This document shows positions 47,369-55,559 of a stretch of 64,000 bases of DNA, piece by piece. A model generated the notes under the pieces. That model did no database searches and was not told where the DNA came from. It saw nothing but the letters and a program-made list of their open reading frames with translations. The position numbers and the translations under genes were made by a program. The stretch's first letter is position 1. The number at the start of each line of letters is the position of its first letter. Source of the DNA: Nocardioides sp. (GTDB taxonomy: Bacteria > Actinomycetota > Actinomycetes > Propionibacteriales > Nocardioidaceae); contig NZ_JBGAGJ010000003.1 of the NCBI RefSeq assembly GCF_044226765.1, positions 97,045 to 161,044 on the forward strand, in the 5' to 3' direction.

Positions 47369-48076
47369 TCAGCCGACGGCGGTACCGGCGGCGAGCGCGA
47401 TCTCGACCATCTCGCCGAAGGTCTGCTCGCGCTCGAGCGCAGTGGTCTCCTCGCCGGTGAACAGGTGGTCGGAGACGGTGCAGACGGCGAGCGCCCGGCG
47501 GCGGAACTTCGCGGCCAGGGTGTAGAGGGCGCTGGCCTCCATCTCCACGGCGAGCACGCCGTAGTCGACCAGCCGCTGGGCGAGCTCGGGTCGCGAGGAG
47601 TAGAAGGAGTCGCTGCTGTAGACCAGCCCGACGTGGACACCGGAGCGGCCCGCGGACGCGTCGTGGGCGGCGTGGAGCAGGTCGAAGTCGGCGACCGGGG
47701 CGTAGTCCAGGCCCTCGAACCGGATCCGGTTCATCGACGAGTCGGTGCACGCGCCGGAGGCGAGGACGATGTCGCGGACGGCGAGCCGCTCGGTCATCGC
47801 ACCACAGGAGCCGACCCGGATGATCGTCTGCACGTCGTACTCGCCGAGCAGCTCGTTGACGTAGATCGCCAGCGACGGCTGGCCCATGCCGGACCCCTGC
47901 ACGGAGACCCGGTGGCCCTGCCAGGTGCCGGTGTAGCCGTACATGCCGCGCACCTCGGTGTAGAGCCGCGCGTCTTCCAGGTAGGTCTCCGCGATCCACC
48001 GCGCACGCAGGGGATCGCCCGGGAACAGGACGAGGGGTGCGACGTCGCCGCGCTCGGCGCCGATGTGGGTGCTCAC
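47369..48076 (-). CDS. deoD: Purine-nucleoside phosphorylase, DeoD type
   Basis: STHIGA, PGDPLRA, GMGQPS, IRVGSCG, SSDSFY, VEME, TVSDH. Confidence 0.95.
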   Translation of the reverse strand: MSTHIGAERGDVAPLVLFPGDPLRARWIAETYLEDARLYTEVRGMYGYTGTWQGHRVSVQGSGMGQPSLAIYVNELLGEYDVQTIIRVGSCGAMTERLAVRDIVLASGACTDSSMNRIRFEGLDYAPVADFDLLHAAHDASAGRSGVHVGLVYSSDSFYSSRPELAQRLVDYGVLAVEMEASALYTLAAKFRRRALAVCTVSDHLFTGEETTALEREQTFGEMVEIALAAGTAVG

Positions 48077-48083
48077 CGTGGCC

Positions 48084-48099
48084 ACCCTAGGGCTAGCCT
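48084..48099. promoter_or_regulatory. Back-to-back leaderless -10 elements for deoD and nudC
   Basis: Minus strand TAGGGT (48089-48084) 7 nt before GTG 48076; plus strand TAGCCT (48094-48099) 7 nt before GTG 48107. Confidence 0.6.
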
Positions 48100-48106
48100 C
48101 GCCCGG

Positions 48107-49018
48107 GTGAGCTTCCCCCACGAGCGCCTGGCGGCCAACCCGCACGACCGGACCGCGGAGCGCCGGGAGGACGAGGCCTGGCTGGCCGGGCGCTGGGCCG
48201 ACCCCGACACCCGGGTCCTGGTGGTGTCGGGGACACGGATCCGCCCGCGCGACGGCCAGATCGACTGGGTGTCTCCGGGCGACGCGCCCGAGGGGCTGCG
48301 GGTGCTGCTGGGCGAGCACGACGACCGGGCCTGGTTCGCGGTGGTCGTGGACGCCGAGGTGTCGAAGGCGGCTGCACAGGGCGAGTGGACGCCGCTGCGC
48401 GGGCTGCTGCCGCGCCTCGCCGACGACGCGGTGGCGGCGGCGCCGCTGGTGTTCCACGCCCTCGGCCTGGCCGAGTGGTTGTTCGCGACCCGCTTCTGCC
48501 CGCGCTGCGCGGAGCCGCTGCGGCCCCGGCGCTCGGGCCACGAGCTGGTGTGCGCCAACGGGCACTCGCAGTTCCCGCGCACGGACCCGGCGGTGATCAT
48601 GGTCGTCACCGCGGGCACCCCGGGAGCAGACGACGAGCGCTGCCTGCTCGGGCGCCAGGCGGTGTGGCCCGAGGGCCGCTACTCCACGCTCGCCGGCTTC
48701 TGCGAGCCCGGCGAGACCCTCGAGGACGCCGTGCGCCGCGAGGTGCGCGAGGAGGTCGGCGTGCGGGTGGGAGAGGTCGAGTACTTCGGCAACCAGCCCT
48801 GGCCGCTCCCGGCCAGCCTGATGGTGGGCTTCGTGGGGCGTGCGGAGACGACCGAGGTCACCGTCGACCAGGACGAGATCGAGGACGCGCGCTGGTTCAC
48901 CCGCGCCGAGATGAGGGAGCTCGCCGAAGCAGGCACCCTGGTGCTCCCCGGCGGGGTCTCGATCAGCCGCTCGCTGGTCGAGCACTGGTACGGCGGGACG
49001 CTCCCCGGGCACTGGTGA
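48107..49018 (+). CDS. nudC: NAD(+) diphosphatase NudC
   Basis: FCPRC zinc ribbon, FPRTDPAVI, Nudix box GFCEPGETLEDAVRREVREEVG, QPWPLPASLM. Confidence 0.93.
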   Translation: MSFPHERLAANPHDRTAERREDEAWLAGRWADPDTRVLVVSGTRIRPRDGQIDWVSPGDAPEGLRVLLGEHDDRAWFAVVVDAEVSKAAAQGEWTPLRGLLPRLADDAVAAAPLVFHALGLAEWLFATRFCPRCAEPLRPRRSGHELVCANGHSQFPRTDPAVIMVVTAGTPGADDERCLLGRQAVWPEGRYSTLAGFCEPGETLEDAVRREVREEVGVRVGEVEYFGNQPWPLPASLMVGFVGRAETTEVTVDQDEIEDARWFTRAEMRELAEAGTLVLPGGVSISRSLVEHWYGGTLPGHW

Positions 49019-49066
49019 CGAGCGACCCACGACCGCTCCGGACCGTCCTGAGGGGGGTCGTCAGGG

Positions 49067-49114
49067 GAAATGTGCAGGACACGCCGTACCGCCCCGGCGT
49101 GTCGTGCACATTTC
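49067..49114. repeat. 20-bp-arm inverted repeat between convergent genes (possible bidirectional terminator or REP-like element)
   Basis: GAAATGTGCAGGACACGCCG-N8-CGGCGTGTCGTGCACATTTC, one mismatch. Confidence 0.7.
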
Positions 49115-49142
49115 GCCGGGCGACCGGTGAAACGAACGCCGC

Positions 49143-49394
49143 TCAGCCCGCCAGGGCGGCGAGCTTCTCCTTGACCTGCGCGAGCGACGGGTTCGTGTGC
49201 GCGGTGCCGTCGGTGTAGACGAGGGTCGGGACGGTCTGGTTGCCGTTGTTGGCGGACTCGACGATCTCCACCGCGGTGGGGTCCTGCTCGATGTCGACGA
49301 CGTCGTAGGCGATGCCCTCACGGTCCAGCTGGCTCTTCAGCCGGTGGCAGTAGCCGCACCAGGGGGTGGTGTACATCGTGAACGAGCTGGTCAT
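49143..49394 (-). CDS. mrx1: Mycoredoxin-1 (glutaredoxin-like)
   Basis: YTTPWCGYC, NGNQTVPT, TNPS; located between nudC and uvrD2 as in other actinobacteria. Confidence 0.9.
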   Translation of the reverse strand: MTSSFTMYTTPWCGYCHRLKSQLDREGIAYDVVDIEQDPTAVEIVESANNGNQTVPTLVYTDGTAHTNPSLAQVKEKLAALAG

Positions 49395-49462
49395 CGGGGA
49401 GTGTCGCCTCCGGCGTCTAGGGTGTCGGACGTTCGTCGGACTCAACCACCGTCACCCAGGAG

Positions 49463-51526
49463 ATGTTCCACCGCATGCCCAGCCCTGAGGAGCTCCTCGC
49501 CGCGCTGGACCCCGAGCAGCGCCGGGTGGCCGAGGCGCTGCGCGGCCCGGTGCGCGTGCTCGCCGGTGCCGGCACCGGCAAGACCCGGGCGATCACCCAC
49601 CGGATCGCGTACGGCGTCGCGACCGGTGTCTACGCGCCGACCGAGGTCCTGGCCGTCACGTTCACGACCCGGGCGGCCGGCGAGATGCGGGGACGGCTGC
49701 GGGCCCTGGGGGCGCCGGGGGTGCAGGCCCGGACGTTCCACTCGGCCGCCCTGCGCCAGCTGCGCTACTTCTGGTCGACCGTGCACGGCACCGAGCTGCC
49801 GACGCTGACCGAGTCCAAGCTCGGGATGCTCGCGGTCGCGGCCCGGCGGCACCGGCTGCAGGCCGACCAGGCGCTGCTGCGCGACCTGGCGTCCGAGGTC
49901 GAGTGGGCCAAGGTCAGCAACGTCCACCCCGACGACTACGCGCGGATCGCCGCCGGCCGCGGGCGCAGCGTCGCCGGACAGGACCCCGACACCGTCGGAC
50001 GCGTGTTCGGCAGCTACGAGGAGGTCAAGCGCGGACAGGGCCGGATGGACATGGAGGACGTCCTGCTGCTCACCGCCGGGATGCTGGCCGACGACGAGCG
50101 CGTGGCGGCGCAGGTGCGCCGTCAGTACAAGTGGTTCGTCGTCGACGAGTTCCAGGACGTCTCGCCGCTGCAGTCGGCCCTCCTCGACCTATGGCTCGGC
50201 GGGCGCGACGAGATCTGCGTCGTCGGCGACCCGGCGCAGACGATCTACTCCTTCGCCGGCGCGAACGCGGCCTACCTGCGCGACTTCCCCCAGAAGCACC
50301 CGGGCACCACCTCGGTCGAGCTGGTGCGCAACTACCGGTCCACCCCCGAGGTGGTCGACGCCGCCAACACCCTGCTGGCCGGCACCGGCAGCGCGGGGGT
50401 CCGCCTGCGCGCCCAGCGGCCCTCCGGGCCGGAGGTGTCCTACACCCCGCGCCCCGACGAGGTGGCCGAGGCCGAGGCGGTCGCGGCGCAGGTGCAGCGG
50501 ATGCGTGACGCGGGCCGGTCGCTCGGTGAGGTCGCGATCCTCTTCCGCATCAACGCGCAGTCCGAGGCGTTCGAGGAGGCGCTGGCCGCGCGGTCCCTGC
50601 CGTACGTCGTGCGCGGCGCCGCGCGCTTCTTCGAGCGTCCGGAGGTCCGCGAGGCGGTCACCCGGCTGCGCGGCGCCGCCCGGTCCGGCGAGGCCGACGC
50701 TGCCGACGACTGGGTCGACGTGGTGCGTGCGACCCTGGCCGGCATGGGCTGGAGCCCGACGGCACCGACCACCCGCGGGCAGACCCGCGACCGCTGGGAG
50801 TCCTGGCAGGCGCTGGTCGACCAGGCCACCGAGTTCGCGGCCGGTCGGGCCGCCGATGCCTCGGGAACGGGACTCAACGCCTTCGTCGACGACCTCGACC
50901 GGCGGGCCGCCGAGCAGCACGCCCCGGTGGCCGACGGCGTCACGCTCGCGACCTTCCACGCCGCCAAGGGCCTGGAGTGGGACGCGGTGTTCCTGTGCGG
51001 GCTGCAGGACGGCACCCTTCCGATCACCTACGCCGAGACCCCCGCGGCGATCGAGGAGGAGCGCCGGCTGCTCTACGTCGGCATGACCCGAGCACGCGTC
51101 GATCTGCACCTGTCCTGGTCGGCGGCCCGGTCGCCGGGCGGCCGGGCCTCGCGCAAGCCCTCGCGCTTCCTCGACACGCTGCTGCCGGACGAGGCCCGCG
51201 CCCAGCGCGAGCTGCCGCGGCACCGCAAGGTGGCGGGCTGCCGCGAGTGTGGCCGGCCGCTGACGACCGGTGCGGAGAAGAAGCGCGGCCGCTGCGCGGA
51301 CTGCCCGGCGTCGTACGACGAGGAGCTGTTCGACCGGCTGCGCGAGTGGCGCAAGGAGCGGGCGGGTGAGGAGAGCGTCCCGGCGTTCGTGGTGTTCACC
51401 GACGCCACGTTGCAACTGATCGCCGAGCACAAGCCGCGCACCCCCGAGGCGCTGCTGCGGATCAGCGGGATCGGCCGCTCCAAGCTCGAGCGGTACGGCG
51501 AGGACGTCCTCCAGCTGGTCGGTTGA
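49463..51526 (+). CDS. uvrD2: ATP-dependent DNA helicase UvrD2
   Basis: AGAGTGKT, VDEFQD, NYRST, HAAKGLEW, EERRLLYVG; CxxC..CxxC and C-terminal HRDC domain; start at 49463 or 49475. Confidence 0.93.
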   Translation: MFHRMPSPEELLAALDPEQRRVAEALRGPVRVLAGAGTGKTRAITHRIAYGVATGVYAPTEVLAVTFTTRAAGEMRGRLRALGAPGVQARTFHSAALRQLRYFWSTVHGTELPTLTESKLGMLAVAARRHRLQADQALLRDLASEVEWAKVSNVHPDDYARIAAGRGRSVAGQDPDTVGRVFGSYEEVKRGQGRMDMEDVLLLTAGMLADDERVAAQVRRQYKWFVVDEFQDVSPLQSALLDLWLGGRDEICVVGDPAQTIYSFAGANAAYLRDFPQKHPGTTSVELVRNYRSTPEVVDAANTLLAGTGSAGVRLRAQRPSGPEVSYTPRPDEVAEAEAVAAQVQRMRDAGRSLGEVAILFRINAQSEAFEEALAARSLPYVVRGAARFFERPEVREAVTRLRGAARSGEADAADDWVDVVRATLAGMGWSPTAPTTRGQTRDRWESWQALVDQATEFAAGRAADASGTGLNAFVDDLDRRAAEQHAPVADGVTLATFHAAKGLEWDAVFLCGLQDGTLPITYAETPAAIEEERRLLYVGMTRARVDLHLSWSAARSPGGRASRKPSRFLDTLLPDEARAQRELPRHRKVAGCRECGRPLTTGAEKKRGRCADCPASYDEELFDRLREWRKERAGEESVPAFVVFTDATLQLIAEHKPRTPEALLRISGIGRSKLERYGEDVLQLVG

Positions 51527-51546
51527 CCGTCTCGACGGGCCCCGAC

Positions 51547-51608
51547 GAAAAAATTTCGCGAAATGGCCACTAAATCGTTTGCCCATTACACGGCGGGGAC
51601 GATACGTT
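51547..51608 (+). promoter_or_regulatory. WhiB7/WblC-type autoregulated promoter
   Basis: AT-rich AAAAAATTT and TAAAT immediately upstream of -35 TTGCCC (51579-51584), 18-bp spacer, -10 TACGTT (51603-51608). Confidence 0.75.
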
Positions 51609-51678
51609 TCTGGCCTTGCACGTCCGCGCACACGATCTTGGCAGGATCGGCGCCCGACTCACCGAAGGAGGTGGCCCC

Positions 51679-51909
51679 GTGAACAGCACCATCACCCGTA
51701 CGACGGTCCAGACCCCGTCGCCCATCGGCATGCCCACGTGCGGCCACGCCTTCCGCGTGACGACCGATGTCCGGACCGCCGCGACGGCACTCGCCGTGCG
51801 TGAGCGCAACGCCATCGTCGCGGCCGCCCAGGGCGCCACCAAGGGAGACATGGGCCTCGCGCCGTCCTACTTCCCGGGGACCAGTGCCTGGAGACCACCG
51901 AGCTGTTGA
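51679..51909 (+). CDS. whiB7/wblC leader uORF (attenuation peptide)
   Basis: AAGGAGGT RBS before GTG 51679; ends ..SAWRPPSC; followed by an intrinsic terminator ahead of whiB7. Confidence 0.7.
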   Translation: MNSTITRTTVQTPSPIGMPTCGHAFRVTTDVRTAATALAVRERNAIVAAAQGATKGDMGLAPSYFPGTSAWRPPSC

Positions 51910-51933
51910 CACCGACAGCCACCGGCAGCCTCC

Positions 51934-51978
51934 AGGCCGCGGAACCCGAAACCCGGGATCCGCGGCCTTTTCGTTTCT
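51934..51978 (+). terminator. Intrinsic terminator/attenuator upstream of whiB7
   Basis: AGGCCGCGGA-ACCCG-aaac-CCGGGA-TCCGCGGCCT followed by TTTCGTTTCT. Confidence 0.85.
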
Positions 51979-52032
51979 CCGAACCCGAACCGCACCACCC
52001 ATCGCGATCAGGTCAGAAGAAGGAGGTGAAAC

Positions 52033-52377
52033 ATGACCATCAGTGAACTCGTCCGCACCGACGCGGTCCTGCCGGTGGACCTGCCCCCCGCAGCCCTGAG
52101 CCTCGGGGAGCTCCACGACCAGGCCAGCCGGGTCGACGACGAGCTGCTGCCCTGCCGGGTCAACAACCCCGAGCTGTGGTTCGCCGAGTCCCCTGCGGAC
52201 GTCGAGGCGGCCAAGGCCCTGTGCCAGGACTGTCCGGTCCGGACGCTCTGCCTCGACGGCGCGCTCGAGCGTCGCGAGCCGTGGGGAGTCTGGGGAGGCC
52301 AGCTCTTCCTGCAGGGCGTGGTGATCCCGCGCAAGCGGCCCCGCGGCCGGCCCCGCAAGAACCACGTCGCCGCCTAG
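52033..52377 (+). CDS. whiB7: WhiB7/WblC Fe-S transcription factor
   Basis: Four Cys (LPC, LCQDCP, LC), WGVWGG turn, AT-hook RPRGRPRK; downstream of uvrD2; AGGAGGT RBS. Confidence 0.93.
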   Translation: MTISELVRTDAVLPVDLPPAALSLGELHDQASRVDDELLPCRVNNPELWFAESPADVEAAKALCQDCPVRTLCLDGALERREPWGVWGGQLFLQGVVIPRKRPRGRPRKNHVAA

Positions 52378-52452
52378 TCCAGCACCGCTCGACCGGCAGC
52401 GTCCCAGCACCACCTCCACCCTTCTGCGACAACGACGTCAAAGGACACCGAG

Positions 52453-52617
52453 ATGAACCTCCACCACCAGGACCTGGCCCGCGCGCACGTGCGTGCCCGC
52501 CTCGGCGAGGCCGAGCAGGCCCGCGCCGGACGCCGGCTGACGCGCACGCGGCGTTCCGGCCGCCGTGCCGAGCAGCTCGCCCAGCAGGCCCGGCTCGCGC
52601 TCGCCCGGACCCTCTGA
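52453..52617 (+). CDS. 54-aa Arg/Ala-rich small protein, paralog 1 (absent from the ORF track)
   Basis: AAGGA RBS; MNLHHQDLARAHVRARLGEAEQARAGRRLTRTRRSGRRAEQLAQQARLALARTL; ungapped paralog follows. Confidence 0.75.
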   Translation: MNLHHQDLARAHVRARLGEAEQARAGRRLTRTRRSGRRAEQLAQQARLALARTL

Positions 52618-52677
52618 GCGGTCCCACCACCGAAGGAACCACCACCGATGAACACCGACCCGAACGGACGTACCACC

Positions 52678-52842
52678 ATGAATCTCATGCACGAGAACCT
52701 GGCCCGCGCGCAACAGTCCGCGCGCCTGGGAGAGGCGCAGCAGCTCCAGCGCGGGGCGCAGCTGGCCCGCGCCCGCCGGCTCGGCCGCAAGGCCGAGCAG
52801 GCCGCCCAGCGGGCCCGCCTGGCCCTCGCCCGGTCGCTCTGA
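52678..52842 (+). CDS. 54-aa Arg/Ala-rich small protein, paralog 2
   Basis: MNLMHENLARAQQSARLGEAQQLQRGAQLARARRLGRKAEQAAQRARLALARSL; alternative start at 52648 (GAAGGA RBS). Confidence 0.75.
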   Translation: MNLMHENLARAQQSARLGEAQQLQRGAQLARARRLGRKAEQAAQRARLALARSL

Positions 52843-52958
52843 CCGGGTGGCGTGACGACACCTCAGGCCCGACCTGATCGCGGGTGTCACCGAGCCGGGT
52901 ACGGCGACCAGCCGGTCGCCGTACCGGCTCTTCGTCGTTCCGGGCGTAGCGTGGGGCC

Positions 52959-53120
52959 ATGGCGACCTGCGACTTCTGCGGCCGGGTCGAGCCGGACGAC
53001 GCCGCGACCCTCTCCTGGACCGTCTCGGTCGAGAACCGACGGCGCCGGACCTACTGCGACGAGTGCTCGCGGACCCACCTGCGCGCGATGGAGGGCAAGC
53101 TCGACTCCGAGTTCTGGTGA
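52959..53120 (+). CDS. 53-aa CxxC...CxxC small protein (absent from the ORF track)
   Basis: TAGCGT -10 lies 6 nt before the ATG; MATCDFCG...WTVSVENRRRRTYCDECSRTHLRAMEGKLDSEFW. Confidence 0.75.
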   Translation: MATCDFCGRVEPDDAATLSWTVSVENRRRRTYCDECSRTHLRAMEGKLDSEFW

Positions 53121-53142
53121 GCCTCCCCGAGCAGCCGGGACG

Positions 53143-53907
53143 TCAGGCCCAGGCGCAGCCGCAGTGCGGGTGCCGGGCCCAGGGGCAGTGGCGCGGGCGC
53201 AGGTCGAGGCCGAGCTCGACGGTCGCCGACCAGGTCGTGGGCCGCTCGCCGTCGAGGTGACGCAGCACGTCGCGGACCGCCCAGCCGAGCGCGAGCGCGG
53301 TGAGCACCGGGTCGGCCGGGGCCGCCGGCCGACCGGCCAGCTGGTCGACGACCAGGGCGCGACGCGGGTCGAGCTCCCCGCGGTGGGCGTCGACGCACCG
53401 CAGGCACGCGGTCGCGCCGGGGACGACGAACGGGCCGATCGTCCACCCGAGCGGCCCGGCGGCCACCGCCAGGTGCGCCCGCCCGTCGCGCACGTGCGCG
53501 TCGACGTCGGGCCGGTGCAGCTCACCGGGGGCGACGACCAGGGCGACCGCTCCGGCCGGGTCGGGCACGGCGCCGGCCGCGCCCAGCGCAGCCTCCGCCT
53601 CCTCGCGCAGGCCGGGCTCGACGTGCAGCGCGACGCGCCGCACCCCGGCGGGCGGCGGGGACCCGCCGTCCAGCATCCCGGCGTCTGTCAGCTCCCGCAG
53701 CGTGCGGTGGGCCGCCGGTGAGGCGGGGTCCGCGGGCCGCCCCGCGCGCAGGTCGGTGAGCAGGCGGCGCACGTCGGGCCGGTCGGGGGCGACGACCCGC
53801 CACGGCGGGTCCAGCCCGACCTGGAGGTGGTCATCGTCGCGACGGACGACGAAGAGCCCCGGGCGCAGTCGCAGTGGTCCCGTTCGGGGAGGTGCCATGA
53901 CCGACAC
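53143..53907 (-). CDS. ThiF/TOMM cyclodehydratase-like hypothetical protein (Rv3196-like)
   Basis: RDDDHLQVGLDP, GPFVVPGATACLRC.D, C-terminal HPHCGC; start at 53907 or 53898. Confidence 0.7.
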   Translation of the reverse strand: MSVMAPPRTGPLRLRPGLFVVRRDDDHLQVGLDPPWRVVAPDRPDVRRLLTDLRAGRPADPASPAAHRTLRELTDAGMLDGGSPPPAGVRRVALHVEPGLREEAEAALGAAGAVPDPAGAVALVVAPGELHRPDVDAHVRDGRAHLAVAAGPLGWTIGPFVVPGATACLRCVDAHRGELDPRRALVVDQLAGRPAAPADPVLTALALGWAVRDVLRHLDGERPTTWSATVELGLDLRPRHCPWARHPHCGCAWA

Positions 53908-54052
53908 CTACCCCCTGGGCGCCCGTCGGACGCGGTCGTCCACAGGCTGCTTCGTCCGGACCCGACGGGCCGGACGGCCGACGGCGCCCGTCCGGTCCGC
54001 AGGGGACCGGCCGGGCGCCGTCGTGGAACTCGTGGGGCGCTGCGCTCGCGCG

Positions 54053-54211
54053 TCAGGCCTTGCCGAGGATCCGGTTGAGGTTGGTGCCACAGACGGGGCA
54101 GACGGCCTTGGCCATCCGGGTGCCCTTGTCGTTGACCTTGACCTCGCCCTCGGCCTCGCGCTTCTCCTTGCACTTCACGCAGTAGAACTCGCCGCTCCAG
54201 GTCTCCGCCAT
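54053..54211 (-). CDS. DUF5679 small zinc-ribbon protein
   Basis: AAGGAGG RBS; YCVKCKEKRE...AKAVCPVCGTNLNRILGK, 52 aa. Confidence 0.85.
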   Translation of the reverse strand: MAETWSGEFYCVKCKEKREAEGEVKVNDKGTRMAKAVCPVCGTNLNRILGKA

Positions 54212-54400
54212 GACGGCCTCCTTGCCTAGTTGATCTCGGTCGTCGCGACGGGGTAGGTAGGGAAGACCCGTCGGAGTCCGGCACGATGCCGCCGAACCGT
54301 CCCTGACCCTACGACACGGGCGGTCGTGAGCGTGACAGGCACACCGCAGGCGGTGAATCCGGTCACGGCGGCGACGGCGGGGCCCCAGTACCTTGTGCCC

Positions 54401-55228
54401 ATGCCCGACCAGCCCGCAGCGACCCCCAGCGACCCGTCCGACCTCGTCCACCTGCGCCTCGAGCGCCCCTCCGACGGGGTCGCGGTGCTCACCTTGGACA
54501 ACCCCGACCAGCGCAACGCGATGTCCGACCAGATGACCGCCTCGTGGGTCCGCGCGATCGACGCCCTCGCCGCCGACCGCACCGTGCGGGCCGTGGTCGT
54601 GACCGGCGCGGGATCGGCGTTCTGCTCCGGGGGCAACACGTCCTGGATCGCCAGCGAGCCGCACGCGACCGTCGACGAGCTGCGCGACCGGATGATGCCC
54701 TTCTACCGTGCCTGGCTGTCGATCCGCCGCCTGGAGGTGCCGACGATCGCGGCGGTCAACGGACCCGCCATCGGTGCCGGCCTCTGCCTCGCGCTGGCCT
54801 GCGACCTGCGGTACGCCGCCGCCGGCGCGCGCCTCGGCGCACCCTTCGTCAAGCTGGGGATGCACGCGGGCATGGCCGGCACCTACCTGCTCCCGAACGT
54901 GGTCGGGGAGGCGCACGCCCGCGACCTGCTGCTCACCGGGCGGGTGGTCGACGCCGAGGAGGCGCTGCGGCTGGGCCTGGTGTCCCGGGTCATCGAGCCG
55001 GCGACGTTCCTCGACGAGGTGCTGGCCACGGCCGAGGGGATCGCGGCGACCGCGCCGATCGCCAGCCGGCTGACGACCCTGGCGCTGCGCGACGGCGGCC
55101 ACGCCGATCTCGAGAGCTGCCTGCAGTGGGAGGCCCTCGCGCAGCCGGTCACGCTCGCCACCGCGGACCTGCAGGAGGGCATCCGGGCCGCCCAGGAGCG
55201 GCGGGCGCCGACCTTCACCGGCCGCTGA
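54401..55228 (+). CDS. Enoyl-CoA hydratase/isomerase family protein
   Basis: LTLDNPDQRNAM, AFCSGG, IAAVNGPAIGAG, LALACDLR; TACCTT lies 6 nt before ATG 54401. Confidence 0.9.
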   Translation: MPDQPAATPSDPSDLVHLRLERPSDGVAVLTLDNPDQRNAMSDQMTASWVRAIDALAADRTVRAVVVTGAGSAFCSGGNTSWIASEPHATVDELRDRMMPFYRAWLSIRRLEVPTIAAVNGPAIGAGLCLALACDLRYAAAGARLGAPFVKLGMHAGMAGTYLLPNVVGEAHARDLLLTGRVVDAEEALRLGLVSRVIEPATFLDEVLATAEGIAATAPIASRLTTLALRDGGHADLESCLQWEALAQPVTLATADLQEGIRAAQERRAPTFTGR

Positions 55229-55382
55229 GGCGGCACGGCCGAGCAGACGCAGAGAGGCCCCCGACCCTCCGCGCGGACGCTTGCCTTCCCCTTGCGAGCG
55301 TCCGTCGGTGGGCCGGGGGCCTCATCTGCCGCCCACGCTAGGAGCCGGGGCGGACGGGGGTCAACGCCGGGTGGACCCCACC

Positions 55383-55525
55383 TGTGGACAACGCTGTGGA
55401 CAACGTTGTGGACGAGCGGCCGGAGCCGGTGGACAAGCCCGGGACGGACCTGTGGAGAGCCCGGGCCCGGGCGTCGCGGCCCCGGTGCTGACCAGCGACA
55501 ATGGCCGTCCACCGGGTGTGGAGAG
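55383..55525. promoter_or_regulatory. Cluster of DnaA-box-like 9-mers
   Basis: TGTGGACAA at 55383 and 55395, TGTGGACGA at 55407, GGTGGACAA at 55428, TGTGGAGAG at 55451 and 55517; TTGTCCACA is the high-GC actinobacterial DnaA box. Confidence 0.6.
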
Positions 55526-55559
55526 AAGAAAACCAACCGAGTTCTCGGAGGAGGCCGGC

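Noticed and set aside
55254-55324. Hairpin downstream of the enoyl-CoA hydratase as an ncRNA
   Set aside because: A single imperfect stem right after a stop codon with no promoter; most simply a terminator-like structure.
55383-55525. Chromosomal replication origin
   Set aside because: No dnaA/dnaN/parAB context and no AT-rich unwinding region; too few boxes.
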